A stretch of 32,900 bases of DNA from assembly GCA_000934665.2 (NCBI GenBank), contig JYFJ02004339.1, positions 1 to 32,900 of the forward strand, in the 5' to 3' direction. The notes beneath the pieces were generated by a model that worked only from the letters and a program-made list of their open reading frames with translations, ran no database searches and had not been told where the DNA came from. The position numbers were made by a program, and so were the translations under genes. Source of the DNA: Catajapyx aquilonaris (Eukaryota). Shown here piece by piece: positions 1-10,800 of the stretch (within the stretch, counting starts at the first letter, position 1; each line of letters starts with the position of its first letter).

Positions 1-29
1 CCCCCCAATGTAGCCCTCCCCTTTCATAC

Positions 30-196
30 CTATAAAGTTCAGCCTAATCCGGTAGGGTCGCCACTTGTCGTGGCCTCCGAAATGTCTCCTGGCGGTCTCA
101 GGTGAGCACCCACTGCAAAATGCCTCGGCAGGTGATAACGCCAGAATGTAGTATAAGTGTCCGTGGGCTGGTCCCAGTTACTAAAATCCTCAACAA
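30..196 (-). other. Candidate internal ATG-free exon (5'UTR or lncRNA)
   Basis: AG-free pyrimidine-rich acceptor ending GTTGCAG (198/197), donor TAG|GTATGA (30/29), higher GC than flanks, no ATG on the minus strand. Confidence 0.35.
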
Positions 197-3100
197 CTGC
201 AACACAGTGTAGTGTGTAAAGTATGGAAAATGCATGCAATAGGGCCTCCCTCTAGATTCTAGCATCTAGATGAAAACTTTGAAGTTGCCTACACACAAAA
301 TATCTCATTGCCAATCATGTTATTCCACAATTAATGCAGGATACCTGCATTTTAAATGGATAATTCAAATAACAAAAATTACAGGTTTGTTGCAACTATG
401 CACACACACAACAGTAACTTTTAATAAAAGGGGTTCCTAATCAATTGACAGTGAAATTAAGTTTTATCCTACTTGCTCTGCATTGCAAAAATGGTGAATT
501 TATTTCCATTTTTGCTTTTCACCTTTATTTCCACCATGATTCTTTGCAACAATTATAATGCCAACAGAACCTGAAATTGTGGACAGCAATCAGGAACTGC
601 TCCAACTGAGACTCAACTATAATAGCTTAACAACATGGTAGGCTACTTCTATGCTGATGTAATGGTAGCTAATGTTCTAGGCATGCAACATTCGAAATCT
701 TGGAACCCAGACCTCGAGGTTCAATGGCCAGCGCAACACGTCCCACAGACTAAGGAAAACCAATACAACTCCCTTGATATTGGTGCGATGCATTGTTGAG
801 TACATCATATAAATTTGCTTTCTGGGTTGGCAATGCCGCACCTAGTACCCAAGTAGGAAACCAGATCTATAGGTCCAGTTTAATTTTAGCAGTAAGTCCC
901 TGGAATGAGGAAGCAGAGCAATACAGTGGTGATGTTCGCGACTGTGGATAAAAGGTCCTAGGGTCAGTCTCGCATTTGCATGATGCAGAGGGTTCTCCAG
1001 CTTAGTCTCACATGGGATTTATGCTAAACACCTGGGGAACTCAAAACGCTGCCACACACCTTACCTCGCTCAGGGACCCAGGTGTAGTGAAGCAGTTTCA
1101 GTATGTGAAACCATGTGAAACGTATAAAAAAATAGTTCCACGCCAGATGGTGGTTTACTGCCTCTATTATAATTACGATTATTGTTATTATTTGGCCACT
1201 GCTATTAATCCACTTGATTAATCGTGGTTTTCAACCATGCCATGGGCTGTGTAAAGGGCAGCCATCATCACATGATCTTATATCTGCAGGTTGACAAAAG
1301 TTTCCGTTCTGTTCCCCGTTCAGTTTAACAGGCGCAGACAGCAATGCCCCTTAGTCAGTCCTGGAGGCAATGCATGCGATACGAAGAAATGGGAGTTCTC
1401 TTGTGAATAAGAAAGGAAAGGTGCCGAAGTGCAGCAGGTGATTGTCCTTGCCTGAACAGCCACATGGTTGACTGTCCCATGATCCATTCCCTCCTGCAAG
1501 TGTTGGTGTAGTGAGAAGTGTTTCTAATTACGTGTAATGAGAGAGGAGTTGGCCCTAAGGATACCAAGAAATGTTGCAGCTTGCAACCAGATGTATGCGC
1601 TATTTGAACACAGAATGGTGTATAAGTCTTGCAGTAACTGATCCTAACTCTGCGCAAAAGGTTCAAAATATTATTATGTAGGAATAATTTCAAACTAGTA
1701 ATCAGCAGGGACAGATAAATTGAGAATTGAATATACTGTGTCTTTATGGTTCCTGAACAAGGGTCAAGTGCTTGTATGCTAACATACTCTTTGCTTTCCT
1801 CGAGTTCGTCCAAAAAATCCAGAAAGCTGTGCCAACATAGATTGGCTCAACCCTTATCCAATAATTGAATCACCCTCACAGAGTTGCTTCAATCAGCAAA
1901 CAGTAATGAAGTCACAATGACAATAACGGCTTTTAACAATGTTAACTAACAAAATCCAATGACATCAGTACTATTTGATGTCAGAAACAATGGACATGAC
2001 ACCCCCATACTTTCATCAGATTTTGTCATTGTAACTTCCCATTCATGTCAACATTTCCCTAACATTGCCGATTCATAAAATTTGAAACCACTGTTGCATC
2101 TCGCATGCCACACCTCTACATTAAGTGCGCCTACACTTGGGAGAAGACTATGTTGAGAATTGAGATGCAGTCTTAACACATTCAAGTAGCAAAATTGCCA
2201 GTTTACACAAGGAGTGTGTTTCAAAAGGAATTCCATAGCATGAACACTGGCATGGTGATCAGGGCTTTTATGCACTTTCCCAATGTGAACTCAGCTTAAC
2301 TGAAAATAGCTCTCGACTTAAGAACATGCTAGATTAGCAGTCTGGTTTGTCAAAACCTGTGAAGGGGTTCACTTGAGGCAGCAAGTGGAAGGCCACCTGG
2401 TATGCATGCTGCTGGATAACAGTTGAGACAGGCCCCAAGTGTAAACACACCATTAGTGTAGTTAGTTTCAGACTATCTAGAGACAACCAGTTACCAGCTG
2501 TCACTTTGCAGCCAAGGAAGACCTAAAAAAACTCAGCCTGCTGCACTAGAGGACTAATTGAAGAGCCAAGTCAGGTCACTCCAGAAGGTGTCACCCGTGA
2601 TGTCCACCATTGCAGAATAGCCTTGGCCGGAATATACGACCATGCCAAGGGGATGTGGGTGGGTTAGGTGTTTTTATTTGCACTCCGAGATTTCAGTGTA
2701 ATTTGTAATCAGATTGTAAAGTTATCTTGTGCAATGTAGTGTTTCAACACCACTGACATGACAATATCATCATTTATAAGTGCACCATCTAATGTGCATC
2801 TTCATAGCAACCAGCAAGAATTCATGACGCCAATTAGGCAACATGCTACTTGGCACTTAGCCACACATAAAAAATATGCTGCATCAGTCATTGCTACGGA
2901 TATAACAGCACTCAAGTTGACCCAGGCAGAGACTGTGATCAACAACAAGTGGTACCTATCCAGAGATAATATGTACCTGGCATTGCAGATTTATCCACAA
3001 AATCTTAAAACCAAACTCGACATAAAGCTCAACATGCCGTTAGGACAATTATTCCTGGAAACGCAATGACCACTTCATAGCTGATGCAATGCTTTCTTGT

Positions 3101-5280
3101 AGTACTAGGCGAGTATCAAAATATCCATACAAATTGTGTTTTTGATATGCATCCTGAATTAGAGTTTTGCCTAACATAGTCAACTGCATGCCATTAGAAT
3201 GCACCACCAATATTCAATGCATTGTGCTCCACATCAAAGTATCAAGTACGATCTCTCAAGATTGTTCATACATGAAAAGAACTCAGTGGTACATAACGTT
3301 AGCTTGAAATAGCTTTCTTTCTGTAGCAGACGCAATTTGCAATTCATAATAAATACCATGGCTTGCAGTCATGCATTTCATCACTCAGTTCTTTCCATGT
3401 GCCTACAGGTCATCCAAGCATAATAAGGCACCTTGTCATCAGCCACTGCAAAGACCATCCTTTCATATGTTTCAGCAGCAGATGACATACTTTCCTCTAA
3501 TTTGACCTCGAGCCCTGTGGTTACCTTTCAGTTCCCAGATAGAATAGTGTGCACCTTTGGAATCATGACTCGGACTGATTTAGAGACCAACTTGTCCAAG
3601 GGGTGCAGTGTCACTTTAACCTTGCAGAAAAATAAGTAGCAGTCATTCACACCCATCTCAAGAAATTACCCATGATAAAATTGGAAGATGCTTTTAACCT
3701 TTTCAAGAAGATTGCTTCCACACAAGATCACACATTCACTCAAGAAGGGAAAACCACACACCAGCTGATTCACAACTCAAATGCTGACACACTCATTTTG
3801 AAAACAAAATATTCACCAATATGTTGTTCTGCCATGACCTGAGGTGTACCATCAATGTTTCGCAGCTTGACTTACCAAACCTGTGCCTCCTGCTCTCACA
3901 CATCACCACCAGTCTTTTATTTTTATTTTATTTTAAAGGAGTGTATTGGATGGGAATACCTTGTTGTGTATGAGGTAAGATGACTACTGAGCACAAACCT
4001 TTACCTTCAAAGTGACCTCCTATATGTGATGATGAAAAAAGCAAAGAGTGGCTTCCCCCAAGCGATTTCTTCTAGATGACCTACACTTGTCGCCTACCTT
4101 CAGCTACTGTTCACTTGACAATCAACAGCCCCTGTGACAGAGAAAAAGCTACTGTTAATTCCAAACCCACACACAACTCACATGACTCTACATTTACAGC
4201 ATGTCCCAAAATGTATTTCATCACGATCCTTCTCACCACACCACAGAGTTATGTAATAAAAATAATTTGCGGTTTTTGGCAATAATTCCTGCACAGATTT
4301 TACCCATATTAATGTGAATACTCAATAATGTTCTCACAGTTAGAGGCAATACCACAATTTAGCCCTCTTTGGAAATCCATTTTGGCGCCTAGTTTAATGT
4401 GTCAGGATCTCATAAATAAATCACAAGCAAGGCGGCACAATATCATATTATCACTCATCTTGTGTTAAGGAGTTTAAGCCACATTTCAAAATCGTCAGAC
4501 ACTTTACAATAACACAACTTTCTGACAAATGCGTGCGACTTGATCTCAGCAGACATCAGTTATGCACGAGTTCCTACACATTTGCAGTTCAGAATAGGCT
4601 ATCAATACTAGGGTTTTGGTTTCTTTGACGAGAAGTTACACATGAATATATGATTGATGATGTTGCCATCTTTCTCGAAGTTTTGGTTCAACCAACTTCA
4701 ACACAAATGGTCAGCGATTCCAACTTGAATTGCAGAAGGTAACAACTGTAGGCCATGGTTGTGTCATCATGATGTAGGCAAAATTAGGCCAACAAACTCA
4801 ATATCAATGTGATTAACAAATTATTATCAGTAAAAATCACACCTGAGGTAAAATAACAATGTCCAGAGTGTGAAAGGTAAGATCTTATTTCTGACTAGCA
4901 TAATCCAATTTGTCACTGCAAGAGAATAGGCATTACTGTCATATCCAACTCAAAATGGCAGTTTGTTTGCTTAGAACTTAAGAAATATGCAGTAAGAAAC
5001 TTCAACGCTCCATCATTTCCTGCCACAAGTCTTGTTTACGAACAAGGGACTTCACCACTAGAAACTCAATGACAAACCATTCCATCGCCACAGAGCTGAT
5101 TCCATTGTTCACATCAAACATGCTTGATATTCATCACAATTTGCGTTGTGCAATCAGGCGCTTGGTTGAAACAAATTGTGGCACATGATTTCCATGGCTT
5201 TGAATTTTCGCTTATTACTTTTCTTGTAAACAATGGCCTGTCGTCATGGCACACTTCCTCTCGGCTGCCGACAAGTGTTA

Positions 5281-5543
5281 CAACTTTACATCAGGCTCAG
5301 GCTGATCGTACATAACACGTATAGTGTTGTCCATAGTGTTTTTGCTCGGCCTACTATTCCGACTATGCGGTGCCTAAAGTGACCAAAACCCTGGCCGACC
5401 CTAGTTCAACTTTACATCAGGCTTAGGCTGACCATACATAACATGTTCCATAAGTGCGTGCTCTGAGCGACTTTCACTCAACTTTCTGTTGTTGCTCAAC
5501 CTACTAGGCCTACAAGGTGCCTAAAGTGCCCATGGCCGACCTA
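5281..5543. repeat. Diverged tandem duplication of a ~125-135 bp unit (5281-5403 and 5407-5543)
   Basis: Shared ordered blocks CAACTTTACATCAGGCT, AGGCTGA, TACATAACA, TTGCTC..CCTACTA, GGTGCCTAAAGTG, TGGCCGACC. Confidence 0.85.
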
Positions 5544-5623
5544 CGCACCGGACAAAGACCGCAATGGAACAATCACCTGGAATCGAACATAAAAGGGTGT
5601 GTCCCCTTCAAATCGAAACTTAC

Positions 5624-5810
5624 CACCTGAATCCCGGGCAGATCCCGTCTACCTGACCGGCCCTCCCTGACTACCCAACGCTAACAGATGGCCTCGGATC
5701 GGGCCGGATTCTCGGAGACAGTCGCAGCGACCAGATGAGGGCATAAAATCCTTGGGAGGAAATATTTTCGGTCGACCAAATCACCAAACAACCAACATGG
5801 CTGCCGGATG
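5624..5810 (-). other. Probable non-coding first exon of the downstream transcript (5' end approximate)
   Basis: Near-consensus donor GTG|GTAAGT at 5624/5623 just below the promoter motifs. The two minus-strand ATGs (5798, 5734) both hit stops before the donor. Confidence 0.5.
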
Positions 5811-5932
5811 AAATGCTAATGACGTCACAGGAGGGATTTGACACTGCACGTCGATGCAAGTAGTCCAGCACGCGCATGCGCAGATGGACTGGGCCGAACC
5901 GCAGATAGAACGCATGCGCGATGTGCGCACGT
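5790..5932 (-). promoter_or_regulatory. CpG-rich promoter of an unidentified gene downstream of CNOT1
   Basis: NRF1/Ewg-type GCGCATGCGC (5872-5881) and CGCATGCGCG (5911-5920), CRE TGACGTCA (5820-5827), YY1-like AACATGGCTGCC (5794-5805); sharp CpG enrichment against AT-rich flanks. Confidence 0.65.
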
Positions 5933-6158
5933 GAAGTTGTAAATAAGATTTAATTGAATTATTCCTTCTCATTTCGTTGTCAATTTAATCACGTAGAAAG
6001 TGAGTAGGCATGTTCATTTTTAAATAACAGTCGAATCTTGCGGTGATTAAAATTCCATATGAACCGATGACCAAAAAACTGCAAAGACACTTCAAACAAA
6101 AAAACATTGTTTTATATTCTAAGAAGACTTTTCATTATCTTCAAACTCAATTCCAAAA

Positions 6159-6164
6159 TTTATT
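6159..6164 (-). terminator. Candidate CNOT1 polyadenylation signal (AATAAA); alternative at 6353-6358
   Basis: tttatt on + strand; last canonical hexamer I found before the downstream promoter. Confidence 0.45.
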
Positions 6165-6302
6165 TGATGGAATTGTGTCTCATGGCAAAAAATTTCACAG
6201 CAAGTTTTTTTTTTTTTTTTTGCCTTTTACAATCATTTTTGGGGCATTAAACCCTCCTGTACAATAATTGCTCAAAATTCATTTCATTCCCCCAAAAAAT
6301 TG

Positions 6303-6322
6303 TCTCTCTCTCTCTCTCTCTC
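6303..6322. repeat. (TC)n microsatellite in the CNOT1 3'UTR
   Basis: About 10 perfect TC units. Confidence 0.9.
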
Positions 6323-7771
6323 GTCAACCCCCGTGACACTGATGAACACTTGTTTATTTTTCACTCTCCCAAAAAAAAGGTCTGTACACTAACACCACGC
6401 TTCTTAATTCTTCAACCTTCTTCACACACGAGGACTGCATCGTAGCACCACTCTCACATGCTCAAAAAGGAAAGGTTTGAGTTGTTCACACACGTCTGCA
6501 TAATTTCTCCTTAAGTACTGCACATCTGTTTTGTTATTACAATCATTCAGCATCTCAAATACACGCTCTGTACATTTTCTTGGACCCAAACAAAAATAAT
6601 CATCTGGAGTTAAATGTACGCACTATTAATAAAAATTTCCATACCCGGCTTTTCCTCGCTTTTTGCTTGACCGCCCCGATTATCTCAAACCTTTCCTTCA
6701 CTGAAAATAATATTTGGTTATGTCCATTAACTTGGGATCGTTCAGTTTATCTTTGTAATTCAGAGACGAGCTTGAGAGCTGCCTCTTACATTACGAAGTT
6801 CAAATGGGAAAATGCAAAAAAAAAAGAGGGGGAAATCAGCCAATTATCAATTATTCCGAAAGACTGGAAACTACTCTGCAGAAACCTATGCACCAGAACA
6901 TACTCAAGTTCCAAAATTGAATTTAAAAAATAGGCGGAAGGACTTATTTCACAAATACACCAACCACCTGACAGAGTCTAATTAAAACACAATTACAAAA
7001 ATTTAGGACAACCAAAATAAGGCTTGTCAACAACCGTAATGTTGATATCCTCATATATACTTTAGTGTATAGAGATAGATTTTTTAAAAAAAGAAAGGCT
7101 TAAGAGACTAGAGATCCCAATGTCACTGGTACCAAAAATCTCGCTTGGTGTAAACTCGTCTTATCTGGTGCTGTGTACCATTTTTTAGAATCATAAAATG
7201 CAATAAAGGCTGAAGGGGGGAGAAAATGGAGAGGATTGTTGCACGTACTGTCGTTTGGACTAAAATACAGTCCCAGATGTGACACCTATGTACAATTTCT
7301 GCATCACTCTATAAATTCATGCCACAAAAAAATTTCAGATAGATAGATAAAATAAAGAACAAATACCTCCGACCCCCAAAAAATCTCATCATCAAGACGT
7401 ATGCATTGCTTGCCCAATACTTTCTACATCTGGCCTTAAATATTACCGTGGTTGTCAAGTCTATAAAATTAAATGCTACTGTTCATTCTTAACTCAATCC
7501 CAATTCGTCGCTTGTCATGTCCCCACCACATGATCAAAAAATTCAAGTCTCTCGTCTGTTTTTGGGGAGGGAAAAAACTCACCCCCACAGTGTTTAATTA
7601 CCCGGGCACTGATATCCCTGCACATTATTCTATTACAGGTAGAGGGGTAGGCTAATCACATCTTTTAAATGTCCAGTGTTGTGTTTGGGCTCACAAGATA
7701 TCACATTATATTGTCTATCAACATTATTCAGTGTTCTCTAGGCTGAGCTGCCTCTTGGGTCTGGACCTTTG

Positions 7772-7850
7772 CTATTCCACCATCTCCGCCTCTTGCGCTG
7801 GCTGAGTCTGCTTCTGCACCATACACGAACGAGCCACTGACTCAAACAGC
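7772..7850 (-). CDS. CNOT1: CNOT1 final coding exon 29 ([25 protein letters not shown])
   Basis: Acceptor TCAACAG, phase 2; resembles the family C-terminus (human LFQSVAQCCMGQKQ as recalled); TAG at 7774..7772. Confidence 0.92.
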
Positions 7851-10800
7851 CTGTTGATTGATTGAAGCCAATGGCCAGACATTGCGGAACAAGGAGTGGT
7901 GAAGGTAGAGGGGGAAAAAAAACGAAAGAAATCCATGAGTCAATTGAGAAATCAATGTTGTCGAAAAATTCTTTAAAGTTTCGTGATGCCCCTAAAATGC
8001 TTTTTGTTGATCAAGAGTTTCTTTGTCAACTATGCAAGTTTTTCAGATAATGTCAATGGCAGTTCACTAACCAACAAATACGATGTGCTCCATACATCGC
8101 ATACATATGAATGAATTTTAATTTTAATTACCAAGTATCAAATGGCAGCTATCATATTCGACAAGTACATTATTTTTACACTAGGGGAAGTTGTGGTTTG
8201 AGATGTATTCGAAATGCTACTGTGAAGCTCGGTAGCTGATTTACACTGAAAAGAGTGATTTAGACGAGCTACTGGAGGTGCACACAAAATTGGTTCACTC
8301 CTGACTGTCTCCACGACTGAACGAGGTGTCCTTAACCTGTTGAGACCCCTGCCATTATTTTAACAAACATTTGACCTGGATTGATATGAATAAAAAAGCA
8401 CGTGAATTGAGCGATCCATTTTCAATGTTACGAGTGAGCTATTTTCAACCAGCAGCACTGCTTGACTTGGAAATCTTGGCAACACTGACATGGCATAAAC
8501 CAAATGAGAGACTACGACGCCAAGTCTAAGACATCGGCTGAAAGGTCACCTCAAATCCACATCCGTGGATCACTGTCAAGAGGAGTCCCACAGTGTAAGT
8601 GCACTCATGCAACTGTAAATGTTGCTGTGAATCATGCTTCACCCACTGCTACAGTTAAGCAAGTCATATCACAACGAATAAAGGTATCCAAACAATTTTT
8701 AAGGATCACCCAGGAAAAGCCTCCGACTTTCCAATGTGTATTTATTTTAAAAAAACATAACTAAATATATATACAAAAAAAACCCACCTGCCTATTTGTT
8801 CAATGATAAAATTCCTGGTTTGTCGTGAGGCAATTCTCAGGCTAGATGGTGGCTTGGCTTTGTATGTATAAAAGAAGATTTCTAAAGGATCTGAAATGGG
8901 GAATGTCCAATTACCCCCACAGGTTAAGGGCAGAGGACTCAAGCGTCATGCATATAAATAAAAGCAGAGTAACAGCAAGGGGGCAAAAAAGACAGGTGTA
9001 TTAAAAGAACATGAAGTTTGCAAAAAATATTTTTACACCCATGCACCAACATGTATATACATTATTTTACACAATCCTTACAATATGAAGCATAGGTGGA
9101 AGCATACACCCCAAAAAAAACAGTGATGCAAAAGAAAAAGAAAATGCCCTTGTTATATAAACAATTGACGAAGGTCATCAAGAGATGCACACACATACTT
9201 TTCTATCTCAGGAGCGCAGTGGACAAATTCATGGTTCCAAAATTTGTACGTAGGGTTCTTGATTAGCTCAATAAAGGTAATCAGAAGGCCCCAAGGGTGC
9301 GGCCTGTTCACTATAAGACGCTCCAACAACACCCTGTAACAGAATGTTCGTCATGAGCATATCAGGAGCAAGTAAAAGACGACTCTCAAGTTGGGCAGCC
9401 AGCAATTTGATTCTTGTTGGCAGGAACAGCCCCCAGTAACCAAAAAAAAACAACAAAAAAACAATTAGATAATGTGAATTCATACCTGGTGATGAGTTCC
9501 TGTAAGGACTCTGAATTGGCCTCAGCAAAGAGGTACAGAAGTGTACAGCTGAAATAGTGTGTGTGGCTGTTGGGATATCGAAGCTGGTTGGCCACAGCAT
9601 TCAGAAACAGGTAACGACCTGCACACGAAATTAAAATTAAATACATCTGACCCTCCAATGCAATAGGTTATCGCCATAAAATGTAAGTACTGAATGGTTC
9701 CACGAGTAATACTAATAAGCGAGGTTGAAAATTAATTCCTTACCCTCCGTGTCCAGATCCACAGCCAAATTCTGGAAGATGTCCATATGGGAGGAGTGCG
9801 TGATGGTTGTCATGTTTGGAGCCAATCCCTTGTTGCGGATGTAAGTGATGGCCTGCGTCCCAACGTAGAGGACAAGCGCATTCATGAGCGGGATGTTGTA
9901 CCGCATGCCTGGCTCACTGGACACCTGGAGGTAACTCCTCAACTCAGAGAGGAAGGTTACGGGTGCCCTGGTCTTCAGATATGAATCCATGTCCTGCAAG
10001 GCCAGTGGGTGCAAATTTGGGGATGGGTACACTTGAAGATTGAAGTTCATACACTATAACTATCATACGGGTAGGAATCAGGGCAGGCAGAAGTACAGAG
10101 GTCCTCCCAAGGCAATACCTTTTTGAAGTTGGGTGGCTGGATCATGGAGGCAAAATTGGTGAGAACCCTTGGGGCCATTGCAATCTCCGGAAGGAGGTCC
10201 ACCTGAGGAATGACATAACACATGAATCTACCTATAAATTACAAAAAAAAATCAGCGATTAGCCATCAATGTATCATGCATGGCCATGAGTGAATAACAA
10301 CTACACCCTAAATTTCAATGATACCTTAAGGTTGGGCGTGAAGGGATCTGGTAGACGCATGTTCCGGGGAAATGCAGAAAGGATCAGGTTCCGCATTTGG
10401 ATGCAGTTGGGTGGGATCACATCACAAAACCCGTAATGGTAGTCGCAGAGGAATTCTGGGAAGTCATGGAGAAGCACCAGGAGGACCCTGAGGGTCCCCT
10501 TGTACAGGAGTGCAACAGGCTTCGCAAGTTCTGCGTTCCTCAAGAAGGGAGCAAGGAACTTGAAGAGATCAATGAGCAACTGGGCATACATCCCCCAGCC
10601 CTTCTGCTGAGGAGTGATTGCCAGCATCCGGCCAATAAACACTCGATGAGACACCAGCTCCAGCCACGAGTATGAAAATCCAGGGGCTTTCGCTGGGCGA
10701 AGGATGTGTAATGTGTTGCAGAACGCCGACAGTACCTGGTAACAAAGCCACACGATTAAAATGCAGTGGCAATGTAACCAACTTGGATGCACACTACAAG

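Larger units (their letters stand above)
6140..7771 (-). other. Probable CNOT1 3'UTR (approximate 3' end)
   Basis: U-rich non-coding sequence after the stop; minus-strand AATAAA at 6358..6353 and 6164..6159; the next promoter-like region begins ~5930. Confidence 0.6.

Noticed and set aside
1355..1813. 152-aa minus-strand ORF
   Set aside because: TTG start, no recognisable domain; only a vague resemblance to decayed retroelement sequence that I cannot support.
3370..3620. Minus-strand frame with one internal TGA (possible selenoprotein or exon)
   Set aside because: No recognisable protein similarity, no SECIS seen, weak AAG acceptor.
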